This document shows positions 16,800 through 29,715 of a stretch of DNA of 64,000 bases, one piece after another (the first letter of the stretch is position 1; each line of letters begins with the position of its first letter). A program made the position numbers and the translations under genes. Under the pieces are notes generated by a model. The model saw only the letters and a list, made by a program, of their open reading frames with translations. It did no database searches and had not been told where the DNA came from. Origin of the DNA: Macrostomum lignano (taxonomy: Eukaryota); assembly GCA_002269645.1 (NCBI GenBank), contig NIVC01003547.1:27985-91984 (forward strand). Direction: 5' to 3'.

Positions 16800-19720
16800 C
16801 CAAAGACTAACAGCAAATGCATCCGCTGCGGAGAGTCTGGACACCGAAGCTGCAACAAGGCCCAGGGCAAGAAGTGCGATAGCTGTGGCAAGATGAACCC
16901 CTCGCTAAGGCTTGTCTCAGTAGCCGTTCGCGCATCAACGCACTTGGCCACAACTCGGACGAACCGACCGACCAGTCATACGAGGAAGTGTTCTGCACGC
17001 TGGAAGACAAGAACGGGAGCGCAAAGTTCGTCATCAGCATCAACGGCCACGCAGTCAGGGCGCTCATCGACAGCGGAGCGAGCTGCAACGTGCTCGACCT
17101 GTGCACCTTCAGGCGGATCAGCAACCCGGGCACCAGGATCGAGCCCTGCAGCACAAGGGTTTTCCCACTTGGCGCAAGCCAACCGCTGCATGGCCGTTGA
17201 GGGACAAGCCAGGCTGATCGTGTCGGCAAACGGGCACAAGCTGCAGCCGAACTTCATCATCATAAAAAGCAGCTGCACCCCATCATCGGAAGACAGACCA
17301 GCACCGAGCTCGGCATGCTACAGGTCGACCCGCTACAAGCAACCCGTATTAGTGGCAGGTCTCACCGGGTCACGAAGCATCAACGACCAGCACCCGACCG
17401 ACAACCCGCAGCTGCAAAGCGTCCTGACCGAATTCGAGGATAGGTTTCACGGCATCGGCTGCGTCAAAGGCGTCCGCGTTACCATCAAGCTGCGTCCCGA
17501 AGCCACGCCAACATGCCAAGCACCATCACGCGTGCCAGTGCACCTCAGAGACGCCGTCAGAAAAGAGCTGGAAGAGCAGCTTGCTCAGGGCATCATCGAG
17601 CGTGTCCACGGACCTACAGCATGGTGCTCAAGAATGGTGGCTGTTCCAAAAGACGACAAGGGACAAGGGAATCCGTATCACCCAGGATCTCCGCGAGGTC
17701 AACAAATTCGTGATTCCCGAGAAGCAACCGATTCCCACATTTGAGGAGGTTACGGACGAGATTTTTCTCAGAGTTAGATGTCGCCAAGGCCTTTCATCAA
17801 ATCGAGGTGGCCGAAGATTCGAGGGAGCTCCTGACCTTCTCAACGCCACTAGGCCTTATGCGACTGAGGCGCCTCTGCATGGGCTATACGTCAGCCTCCG
17901 AAATACTGCAGCGACTGTTCTGAGCGGACTCCCAGCGTGCGCTGGGTACACGACGACATCCTCATCTACGCCAAGTGTATCGAAGAGCACAACCAGCGAC
18001 TGCGCGACTGTCTGCAGCGGCTGTGAGACCACAATATCACTCTCAACAGGGCGAAGTGCAGGTTCGCGCAGCAAGAAGTCGACTTCCTCGCCATGCGCCT
18101 CACAGCAGCCGGAATCCATCCCAGCACAGAGAAGGTGGCGGCCATTAACTGCTTCTAAAGACCGACCAACGCTACCGAGGTCAGCCTCGTCACCTTTGTC
18201 GCTCGCTTCATTAGCAACCTGTCCGACAGGGCACGGCCGCTCCGAGATCTGACAAAGCACGGGGCAGAGTGGACGTGGGGCGACCATCAAGAAGCAGCTT
18301 TCATCGACATCAAGCGCACGATAGCCAGTTGCCAGGCGCTGGCATTCTTCAGCAAAGACCTGCAGTCCCAGCTGATTGTCGATGCCAGTCCAACCGGAGC
18401 CGGCGTCATCCTAGCCCAAGTGCAGCCTGATGGTTCGATTCGACCGGTGGCCTACGCGAGCCGCAGCCTCAGCGCCACCGAGCAGCGGTACTCGCAGACC
18501 GAGCGCGAGGCACTCGCAGTAAAGTATGGCTGCCTAAAATTTCATCATTATCTCAGCGGCTGTGAGCACTTTAAAGTCATAACTGACCACAGACCGCTCG
18601 TCTCGATGTTCAGCCCAGGATCTCGGCCGCATGGGTCTCGGCCGCAGAATTGAACACATGGCTCTCCGACTGCAGGACCTTGCCTTCAGCGTCGTTTACC
18701 AGCCCGGAGCCGGAAACCCGTCCGACGTGCTCAGCCGGCAACCGCTACCGCAGCCGCCAAACAACGGAGGCGAGCGGGCCGACGCAGCGTTCGTTACCAT
18801 GGTCATCCAGGCGGCGACTCCGGTGTCTCTCAGCATATCAGCGATCAAGGCGGCTTCGGAGCAGGACCCGACAGTGCAGGCTGCATGCCGCGCCATTCGC
18901 ACTGGCAGCGGATCTAAAAGACATCCGAGGCGTCAGGCACGAGCTGTCGGAACACGATGGCCTCCTATTGCGCGGCAGCCAGCTGTTCGTGCCTGGGGTG
19001 CTGCGGTTCCGGTGCCTTCAACTGCCCTATCAAGGACACCAAGGCATGCGGAAGACACTAGACCGCCTGCAGTCAAAGGTGTGGTGGCCCGGCATGCGCT
19101 CGGCAGTGGAGACTCATGTGGCCACCTGCATCAGCTGCGCGGCATGCAACAGCGAGGCGACTACGAAGGCAACGCCCTTGAAGCCGACGGATCTGCCGGA
19201 TGGGCCATGGCTCGATCTCGGCCTTGACTTCCTGGGGCCCGTCAAAGGAAAGTCGTTACTCGTCTGCACCGATCACTTTTCTCGATTTCCGCTGGTTGAA
19301 GTTATGGCAGACACAACGGCCGCCGCCACCATACGCGTGCTCAGACGGTGGTTTAGCATCTTCGGCCAGCCGCTCAAGGTGTCAACCGACAACGGGCCGC
19401 CTTTCTCATCATCGGATTTCACCAGCTTCCTGAAAGACCAAGGAGTCCACCATCGTCGGATCACGCCGCTCTACCCGCAGGCTAACGGAGCCACCGAGCG
19501 CTGCAACAAGGGGCCTCAACAAAGCCATACGCTCAGATGTCACCGAAGGCAAAGACTGGACGGCAGCTGTCGACGAATACCTGGCCGCGTACCGGCGCAC
19601 GCCGCACAGCTCGACAGGAGTCGCCCCAGCTAACCTGCTCTTCGGACGCCAGGTCAATGAGACAATCCCCAGTCTTCACCACTCGCGACCTGTGAAAGCG
19701 ACGCTTGTACATCGGCTTTG
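16800..19720 (+). mobile_element. Decayed Ty3/Gypsy LTR retrotransposon (partial gag, protease, RT, RNase H, integrase; many frameshifts)
   Basis: Zinc knuckles CIRCGESGH and CDSCGKMN. Protease ALIDSGASCNV. RT motifs FSELDVAKAFHQI and WVHDDILI. RNase H motifs LIVDAS, VAYASRSL and YSQTEREALAV. Integrase motifs GHQG..CISCAAC, LGLDFLG, STDNGPPF and NGATER. LTRs were not confidently identified. Confidence 0.9.
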
Positions 19721-21793
19721 CGTACAATTCATGCACTTCAAGTGCGGCGATTCTCCACCCCCTCACTCTGGTGGCGTGATTTTATTTCATACGGTAGTCT
19801 GAAAATAAATAAATATCGATCAGCCCACCTAGCAGGGCTCCACCTTTCGTCTCAGCAAACTCTGGCCTTTCTTACTATAGCCATTACAAGGACAGAAGAG
19901 ACGAGACGAGTCGAGAAAGCCAATTGTCAAGTCAAGTCAAGTCAAGTCAAGTCCATGGACCTACAGCATGGTGCTCAAGAATGGTGGCTGGTTAATTAGC
20001 AACGGCAGAGGAGCAAGCAATGAAACCACTTGGGTCGCAGTTCTTCTAATTGTGCATGCGAATCGTCAGATGTAATATGTTGCTATGGGGGGGGGCGAGG
20101 CTAGGCTAGTTGAGGGTGGTTGGTTGCCGTTTTTTTTTCATAATTGTAGCCATTGAGGAGGACTCAGGCCCGGATGAGGCTAATCTATTGAGTTTCGCCG
20201 TCTCAAGTGGCGTCAGCACCAGCACGTGTCGATCCACCCCCTTAGATACATGTAGCTTAATTAATTGGCTTTCAAATTGAAGCGTTCTTTATTAATTCCT
20301 TCTGGGGAGGACCCTTTGCTGGAGGAATTTCAGTGAAGGCCTTTTTCTGTTTAGGGTCTGAACAAAAACAATTTTTTTGCGCTGGTTTTCTGTTAACTTA
20401 TCGCTAAAAAATGAACCGACAATCAAAGGCACCAAAGTTCCTTATTTTATTTCCAAATTGCTTAAGACTAACTAGTAAGTATTAAAACAAAGAAATAACT
20501 CTGCGTTGTAATAAAAATAAGAAAGGACTAAAATTGACTAGTGATGTACAGAAACTAGTTTATTTACAATACGATTTGATTTTGAAGCAATTTCTTAAAT
20601 TTTTCTTTGGCAGAATTTTCTAGAATATTCACCAGTGACGACTGCAAATTGGAAAACAAACGTGTATATAGATAGACGTTATTAATAGTTATCGTTCGTC
20701 GAAAAAAGTGTCGTTTATTCTAGAACGTCTTGAAGTTTTTTGTGTAGGCCCTAGTCAACAAGCAAACAATTATGCGATTACTCACTGAGATAGCTCATTT
20801 ATTTTGTATAAAATGAATAAAACGAGATCAGTCTATTCAGTTAGGCCCTAGGCGGCAGGGCAGGCCAGTTAAGCCTATACTACAGCCTACAGCTACAGGT
20901 ACAGCATATGTGAGCCTAGGCCTAATAAAGAATAGAAAAGCAAGATGTTAGTAGACCTAATGCTTTGTATATGACAACGAAGTAGGCTGAAGGGGGCCTG
21001 AAGCCTGAAAGCCATATTGACTAATGACTATAGGCCTATGTCAGTCTACATATTTTTAAAAGCCTTAGGACTAAGGACTTGAGTGTGGCACCTGGTAAAA
21101 TGAGGAATCTGCAGCAGAATCAGAATGAAATAGCTTGCTAAAATGCGGAAACTGTAGTGGAATGGTAAAATGCAGAATGAGCAATGGAATCTATTAACTT
21201 TAACTAAAATGCACACGCAAAGTAGCTAAAGTGCATTATGATCTATTATATATAATCTTATAACAATAAAGCTTTCAAAATTTTACTAGACTTCTAGAAA
21301 GGAAATTGATAATAATTTTCAACACCCATTAGCCATATTATTCACAAGAGAACCTATAATATCTTTTTTATACAGTTAAAATGCTATAGGCAAAACTATA
21401 TATTTTGCATTTTACTTCAAGTTAGGCCCAGTGGATTATGCAGTTGATTTTACATTTTACCATTTTGCTAGGCCCTACAGATTCTGCATTTTACTGTGCT
21501 ATTCTATTCTATTCCAATTCCATTAAAGATTCTGCATTTTACTGGGGAGGGTAGGCTACTCATAAGTGTAACATTGGCATGGTACACATTTTTGTCTAAA
21601 AATGTTCTGGAGCATAGTGGACATAATCCTGATTATGGTCTATATCCATATCTATCTGTGACCCTGGTTGTCTAAATTTTTATAGCCTAATTATATCATT
21701 GCTAATTAATGAATAATTTCCTGTTTTACTCTTCCTATAACTTTTAATAATTTAAAATCAAATGGCAATCACTCTCTATTGTTTACTATAGAG

Positions 21794-22527
21794 CAGGGGT
21801 CGGCAAACTTTTTTCAGTGCGGGCTGGATTGGACGACTGGCTGAGGTGGTGGGCCAAAAAAATGCACAACAAATTGAGGCTATAAATGACAATTTGGTAT
21901 CCTATAGAATCGTTTGTTAAATTATTTTTTCGCTTGAATTTAATTCATTTCTAATTTTAGAGTAAAAATGTAAACAAGTGAACAATCCAACAGTTTAACA
22001 TGTACTGGCAGCTAAATTGTTTGTTATAGTTAATTGCCAAATCAAATTAAAAAATTGTGGAAAAATGTGTCCTGGATAAAATTACCCAGTGACACTATTA
22101 CCCCTATTACCCAACGTTAAAATAGTACCCTCGTGTCGTGATGTGGCAATTGACTATAACAAACAATTTAGCTGCCAGTATATTTAATTGTAAACTGTTA
22201 GATTGTTCACTTGTTTCATATTTTTGGACTCTAAAAATAGAAAGAAATCGAATTCAAATAAAAATTAATTTAACGAACGATTCTACTAAAGGATAGCCGA
22301 CAATTTTATATGATAGACCAAATGCCACCAACAACACGACAATTGAAATTGACACAGTATTGTGATAGGAATGCCGAGGTGAAAGCTAATTTTGCTTGAA
22401 AAGTTGAATGTTTCAACACAAAATTGGTTCGCGGGCCACTTTTACATTGTCAGATAGTAAGAGTGCTGCGGGCCGGACTTGAAGATGACGCGGGCTGGAT
22501 CTGCGGGCCGCAGTTTGCTGACCCCTG
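21794..22527. mobile_element. Non-autonomous hAT element (Charlie-like ends) containing a long internal inverted repeat
   Basis: TIRs CAGGGGTCGGCAAACT and AGTTTGCTGACCCCTG. Perfect 8-bp TSD CTATAGAG at 21786-21793 and 22528-22535. Imperfect inverted arms at about 21880-22050 and 22140-22310. Confidence 0.9.
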
Positions 22528-22559
22528 CTATAGAGTAACTCTATTATTTTATTTATTTA

Positions 22560-23781
22560 GGGGGGCCATAGCCTAGCAGTAGCGCAGCTGCTCTGGTGTG
22601 CCAGCGACCTAGGCTCGATTCCAAGTGCAGTCACATTAATTTAGGGCTGAATTAGAATCTCAGCTTGGCTCTGCTTGTGCAATTAATGGCCTTGAGAGAC
22701 GGTTCCTGGACACTTCGTCATCTTACTACTTCGTCATCCACTCATATTTCTAGACACTTCGTCATCTTACCACTTCGTCATCTACGATACTATTGTGGAC
22801 ACATCGTCATCTACTCCCTGGACACTTCGTCATCCACTTTGTCTGAAAAACTTATTGAATGAATAGCTATATGTAACTTTGTCAGCTAAGTTGTATTGAG
22901 TAGTCATAAATATAGGTGGCTACACTGAGTATTAACTAACTGATTAACTAACTGATAATTAATGTGGATTAACTATGACAGGGGAAGAGCTGGAGAAGAG
23001 AAGATATCGTGATCAGTACAAAATTAAATTCTACTCGCGGTTTTGAATACATACAAAATCTTGTAATCATACAGTGAAACAAAAATAATAATGAATTGTA
23101 AATTTGCATACCTGAATAGCAAAATTAAATACAATTTAAAAAATAAATAATAATAAATACTAAAAAATACACTATTCATAAACATAATTAAATCTACATT
23201 GTTACAACTCCACACATGGTTATGGAAGCGAAGCTATAATAAAATTACAATCAACACTTGTACACATATAGCGTGCATTTAGATGCCAATTATAGCGAGA
23301 AGTTAAATCCCTAAACATGTATTTAATCCTATATTTTACATACTATTGATTGAGAAACAATTTACATATATAAAAAACAATCGAATAACAATTTTACAGC
23401 TTTGCAAAATCTTGCGATGACGAAGTGTCCTCAAAATTTGGTCACTTCGTCATCTAGATTTCTAACAATTTTTTTGTATGATGAAGTGTCCAAAAACCAT
23501 GGTCACTTCGTCATCTGGATGACAAACTGGTAAGATGACGAAGTGTCTAGGAACCTGAGAGACAACCCCCCAAGGCGCAGTAAAGTGTACATGCCTAACA
23601 ATAAAATAAAGTTAGGGCCACTGTGGATTCCTGTGTGATTGTGTGCCTGCATATGTATCCGCGCGCTTGTATGCCTGCTCAGTGGAGTTGGCGGAATGGG
23701 CAGTAATGCCTCGCCAGTTGTGCAACAATGTTGCTTAAAGTGCGCCAGGGTGCACACAACCCCCTGCCTCTAATAAAAAAA
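22560..23781 (+). mobile_element. tRNA-derived SINE split by an 855-bp MITE
   Basis: Head GGGGGCCATAGCCTAGCAGTAGCG with B-box GGCTCGATTCC at 22560-22700. The body and A-rich tail resume at 23556-23781 and are colinear with the intact copy at 48864-49223. Confidence 0.9.
22701..23555. mobile_element. 855-bp non-autonomous DNA transposon, GG-terminal TIRs, 8-bp TSD
   Basis: TIR GGTTCCT(G/A)GACACTTCGTCATCTTAC matches 25 of 26. TSD TGAGAGAC at 22693-22700 and 23556-23563. Subterminal CACTTCGTCATC repeats. Confidence 0.9.
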
Positions 23782-24764
23782 CTATTATTTACTATACTAT
23801 TGTTTACTCTATATTGTTTTATTATTAGGCCTATATTAAAATGAGTGAAGTAAAGAATGCAAGCAACAGTTTAACTTTTCATTCAATAATGGTATTTCAT
23901 TTATTTATTATACAAAAATGGCTGGGACTGCATTTTTCTTAACTTTAGCTCCTAGCTACCATTCCAATTTCAAAATGTGATTGCTTGATATATAAAAAAT
24001 ATAAAAAATATATTGCTTGAGTCGTAACCTTAGAGAGTTAAAACTTCTTCTAGGCTCACAAATTATAAAAAACTAGCAACATTTATTCATTTCTATTGTT
24101 TTATCTCTCTACTATTTTGCCTGAAATCAAGGATTTCAATAACATTTAAGCTTAAGTCTAATATTGAGTGGCTAATATTTAGCCATATCTATGTATTCTA
24201 CCTAAAAAACCTTTGTCATAGCCCATAGCCATAACAATTGCAATAAACTTGTCTTAGAGTTAGTTCTTAGAGCCCAAGTGCTTAAGTTAAAAGGCATGTC
24301 AACTCAAGCTCTTATAGTGGAGCTCAAGTAACCTATATACACAAATGATTGTTATTCTGTTCAAATGACACCAGAAAATAGTTTGGCAAAAAAGCAACAA
24401 GAATTAGACTTAGGAGAACAAGCAAGGGGATAATTAGGTACTATTATGTTAACTTGAGCTCATATAGTAGAGTCTCTATAATTATCCCCCTTGCTTGTTC
24501 TCATTTATCCCAAGTCAATTTTTGTCACTTTTTGCAAAACCTAGCTATTAGTGTCATTGTGAGCAAAAATCACAAATCATTTTGTATAGATAGGTTACTC
24601 AGACTCCACTTTATGAGCTCAAGTTGACAGGCCATTTGATTCCTGGGTTGACGAGGTTGTGGTCCAATATTGACCTTGTGCATGACTGTTTGCCTCCTTG
24701 CTTGCTGTCATTGCCTTAATTTTTGCCATTGCCAATAACTCACTTGGTCTTGCAGCTTGCATAA

Positions 24765-26546
24765 ATGTCAAAGGGTATCAACTACAGCAAGTGGGACCAC
24801 ATCGAGGTCTCCGATGACGAGGACGACACTCACCCGAATATTGACACGCCCTCGCTGTTCCGCTGGCGCCACGAGGCCCGAGTCAAGCGCATGGAGGAGC
24901 TGGCCAAGGAGAAGTCGGACTTCGAAGCCGAATGGAAGCAGGTCACCAGCCAGATTGATGAGGCCCAGCGTCAGGCAGATGCTGGAGACTCAGCGGCTGC
25001 CAGTAGGCTGGCCCAGCTCAAGGACCGGCTGAGCAAGCTGGAGGCCCATCGCCAGGAGCTGGCCAAGAAGGAGAAGTCTCAGCCGCTGAACATCGACACC
25101 ATCTGCAAGGAGGGCAAGACCAGGACAATTATTAATAAGGCGGCCGCCCAGCCGCCGAAGCCTCGCACCGATGAGGAGACTTGGAAAAATCTCGAAGAAT
25201 TTAAACAAAAATACGACAAAGAGATTAAAAAGTTTGGCATGTTCTCCAAATTTGATGACGCCCAGCAATTTCTTGAGGAGCATCCGCATCTGGTTTGCGA
25301 AGCCGCCTGCGACCGATTGGTGCTGTGGTGCGTCGATCTGGCAGTTGAAGAGAAAGCCAGCCTGCTTGAATACGTTACCAAGCAGTGCATCTGCCTTCAG
25401 TTCCTGCTGAAACTCGGCGCCGAGCTGGGCACCGATCCGCGCAACTGTCTGCGCCAGTTCTACGCCCGCCTGCGCGATCCCCAGCCCGAGTACATGCGGG
25501 CATTTGAAGAGGAGCTGGCCGCGTTCAGGTGAGACATTGTCAATTTTTCCTATTGTTGCAGATTTATTAGCAGGACAGGAACTGGTTAAACCTAATTTTA
25601 TTGCCCTCATTATGCCAGATTCTCAGGATGACCAGCCTCACAGATCCTCAGGTTCATGGCAGCACACCTCACAGATCCTCAGGTTGATGACAGCACACCT
25701 ACCAGATCCTCAGGTTGATGGCAGCACACCTCCCAGATCCTCAGGTTCATGGCAGCACACCTACCAGATCCTCAGGTTGATGGCAGCACACATCCCAGAT
25801 CCTCAGGTTGATGGCAGCGCACCTCACAGATCCTCAGGTTGATGGCAGCATGCTGCACACCTACCAGATCCTCAGGTTGATGGCAGCATGCTGCACACCT
25901 ACCAGATCCTCAGGTTGATGGCGGCCACCCTCGCTGATCCTTAAGAGGCTCAGGTCATCATTCTTCCAGCTCTTTACAGCTGCTCGCAGAGGGATGTCTG
26001 TCGATAAGATAGTCAGGCCCGTTGTTCAACATGTGTGATTGCGTGCCTGCTAACAGTACCTGTGTTGCGCGCTCACAAATTTAAATTTCAATCCAAATAC
26101 TCCTAGCTAATTAGCACTAACTGCTCTTCCCATCTACTCAATTCCCTTGCAGACAGCGGGTCCAGGATCGGGCCAAAGCTCGCCTAGAAGACGCCATGCG
26201 CGAATATGAGGAGGAACAGCGCCAGGCCCGGCTGGGCCCCGGCGGCCTGGACCCGGTTGAAGTGTTCGACAGCCTGCCCGACTCGCTTAAGGCCTGCTTC
26301 GAGTCCAAAGACATTGCTCTGCTGCAGAAGACCCTAGCCGAGATGCCCATAGATGAGGCGCGCTACCATATGAAACGCTGCGTCGATAGCGGCATGTGGG
26401 TGCCCGACGCTTCGTCTAAAAAGCTTCTGGAAGGCGATGAAGCCGGCGCGGAGGCTGCGGCAGAGGCCGAGGAGGAGGCGGAGGGAGAGGCTGCGAGTGA
26501 GGGCAGAGATAAGAGCGAAGGCGATTACGCTGATCCAACCGCCTAA
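24765..26546 (+). CDS. CDC37: Hsp90 kinase co-chaperone Cdc37 (exons 24765-25528 and 26153-26546)
   Basis: N-terminal motif INYSKWDHIEVSDDEDDTHPNIDTPSLFRWRH and C-terminal RLGPGGLDPVEVFDSLP...CVDSGMWVP. Phase-2 intron AG|gtgaga...cttgcag|A restores the frame. Confidence 0.97.
25630..25925. repeat. Minisatellite, about 33-41-bp unit (GCAGCACACCTACCAGATCCTCAGGTTGATG), in the CDC37 intron
   Basis: About 8 copies of CAGATCCTCAGGTT. Confidence 0.9.
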
Positions 26547-27634
26547 CTCACTGTCTGTTGTCTGTAATTCCTTTCTTACAGGACTGTTTGATGAATAATG
26601 AACCGGTCAAGTAGAAGTATAAAGCACAACATTAGGAAGCAGCCTCATCTTTGTCGCATTGCTTCAACCCGTATCCTATGAGAAATCGTATTATATATAA
26701 ATTAATTTTTGTGTTCATAATAGAATGGCGCAGTTTCTTTGTTTTCATGTGTAACGCCTTTCTGGATCATTAATTATTAAATGTCAAACATCCCAGAGCC
26801 CCCCTCAGCGCTTGTTGGTGAATTTTTTTGTGCACTCAAAAATGCGAATGAAATTCTGTTTAATTTAACAAACTTGAAGAGCTCAGATTAGCTGGCCAAT
26901 TCATATTTGACATTATTGTTTATTATGTATTGTTTGGGTAAAATTATTACAGATATTATCCCAGACTGTAACCATCTTTACCACACTTGCGCTCATTATA
27001 TCTATATATTGAAGTCATGCTAACACAAATTGCTATGGCAACCAATTTATAATGAATAAAATCGTTAGAAGTGTAGCGATATCTATATATAATTAAGTGT
27101 GTATGGGGATTTTGTACTCCGGCTTAACCACAGTTGCCATTTAAATTGTGTTTGTGTTCTGTGGCACTTGAATTTATGGTATGGCAACAAGCTCAGCCAA
27201 TCAGAATCGACGTGTTTCACTATAACAAATTTAGGGTCAGTTGGCTCCTATTTAAACCGCTGAGTTTTCCTGCTGGACGTCAACCTTTGAGCAGCTAAGC
27301 TGTAGGTGAGACTTACAGTTGATTTTGATTGAGTAAACTCAGTCGATCAATTTATCAATCATTTTTAAGAATCAAATTTGAAACCATGTCATGCACTTCA
27401 GGGCTGACGATCCGGTATCAATTCAAAGTGGCTTTAATTATGTAATGTAAGAATTCACCAGCTAAGAGCGCCATGACTGCTGTGCACAGCGCTAATTTAA
27501 GAGACGTACTTTTCTGTAGCCGAAGCTTCAATATAGGATCTTGCATGATAATGTAATAGTAGAATACATTCTCCGACCCTAATATCCATATGCTAAAAAT
27601 ATATACAGTAGTCTCACCTTTCAAAAATCCCCTC

Positions 27635-29715
27635 GGGTCTACGACAATTGACTGCCACAATTTGACTGCCACAATTTGACTGCGGACAAAATGACTGCCG
27701 ACAATTTGACTGCCAACTAAATGACTGCCGACAAAATGACTGCGGAAATTTGACTGCCGACAATATGACTGCCGACAAAATGACTGCCGATAAAATGACT
27801 GCCGAAAATTTGACTGCCGACAAAATGACTGCGGAAATTTGACTGCCGACAATATGACTGCCGACTAAATGACTGCCGACAAAATGACTGCCGACAATTT
27901 GACTGCCGGCAAAATGACTGCCGATAAAATGACTGCCGACAATTTGACTGCCAACTAAATGACTGCCGACAAAATGACTGCGGAAATTTGACTGCCGACA
28001 ATATGACTGCCGACAAAATGACTGCCGATAAAATGACTGCCGAAAATTTGACTGCCGACAAAATGACTGCGGAAATTTGACTGCCGACAATATGACTGCC
28101 GACTAAATGACTGCCGACAAAATGACTGCCGACAATTTGACTGCCGACAAAATGACTGCCGATAAAATGACTGCCGACAATTTGACTGCCGACAAAATGA
28201 CTGCCAACTAAATGACTGTCGAAAAAATGACTGCGGAAATTTGACTGCCGACAATTTCACTGCGGACAAAATGACTGCCGATAAAATGACTGCCGACAAT
28301 TTGACTGCCGACAAAATGACTGCCGATAAAATGACTGCGGAAATTTGACTGCCGACAATATGACTGCCAACAAAATGACTGCCGATAAAATGACTGCCGA
28401 CAATTTGACTGCCAACAAAATGACTGCCGATAAAATGACTGCCGACAATTTGACTGCCGACAAAATGACTGCCAACAAAATGACTGCCGACAAAATGACT
28501 GCCAACAAAATGACTGCCGACAAAATGACTGCGGCAATTTGACTGCCGACAAAATGACTGCGGCAATTTGACTGCCGAGCAATTTGACTGCCAGCGAAAT
28601 GACTGCCGGAAAAATGATGCTCCTAAAGTTTCGCACTCTGTCAACCCTTTTAAGTCTATGCATGTAGTGAAACATTGTATTTACGAGCTAGAATGATGCA
28701 GAACAGAACACTACCTTTATACAACAAGCTGTAACAGCTGTTGAAACCTGCGGATTTTGAACAGTGGGAAATGGGAACTCCAATCTTAGGAACTATTTTG
28801 CATATATTCTAAAATCTGAAGTTAAACTCAATCAAAAACTTTTATTATTAGAGTTAAACATAACATATATTACATTCGTGTAAAATTAGGATTGGAGGCA
28901 AACTATTGATATTGTTGACTGGGGTGCGGCGCAGAATGTCAGAAAAACTCTGGCCTCTACTTCTGCCTCTCGATCCCTATGTTCCTTGCATCCTTTGAAA
29001 CTTCTATCTTCTCTTCTGTTTTCTCACTTCTCTCTCATCTCCCCTCTCTCATCTGTCATCTTTACTCTCTTATACTGGTATGTTCTCTCACCTCTCTCCT
29101 CTGTACTCAATTCTCTTTCCCCTCTTTCGACTCCTCTCTTTCCTTTCTCCTTTCTTGCCTTTTCTTTTCTTCTCTTCTTTCTTCTATACTCTCTCCCTCT
29201 CTTGTCTTTTCTCTTCTCTCTCTGCGCTCTCCTCTCTCCTCTCATATATCGTGTTCACTCTCTGACTCTCATCTTTGCTCTCTCACCCCCCTCTCATCTT
29301 TACTCTTCACTCCTGTGTACCTGTCACTTCACTCTTCCCCTCTTCTGACTCCTCTCTTTCCTTAGTCCTCTTCTTTCCCCTCTTCTATACTCTCTCCCTC
29401 TCTCTCCCCTTTATTCACTTCTCTCGTCTCTCTGCACTCTGCTCTCTCCGCCTTCATCTCTCATCTCTCATCTCTCCTTTCATCTCTCTCACCTCTACAA
29501 TCTCTCCTTTCCCCTGTCTTCTTTTTCAACTTCTCTCTCATCTCTCTCTCCTCTTTTGCATAACGAGAATGCGCCTAGCAAGCTTTGCCTCAGTCATTTT
29601 GTCGGCAGTCATTTTGTCGGCAGTCATTTTGTCCGCAGTCATTTTGTTTGCAGTCATTTTGTCGGCAGTCAAATTGCTCGGCAGTCAAATTGTGGCAGTC
29701 AATTGTCGTGCACCC
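27635..29715. mobile_element. Foldback-type non-autonomous element whose TIRs are built of 15-bp subrepeats
   Basis: Left end GGTCTACGACAATTGACTGCCACAATTTGACTGCC. Right end reverse complement GGTGCACGACAATTGACTGCCACAATTTGACTGCC. (AAATGACTGCCGACA)n array at 27640-28620, inverted array at 29590-29710, CT-rich interior at 28990-29570. TSD unclear. Confidence 0.7.

Noticed and set aside
16290-19950. Paired LTRs for the 16.8-19.7 kb Gypsy
   Set aside because: The flanks share only GTCAA-like short repeats. No alignable direct repeat with TG...CA ends was seen.
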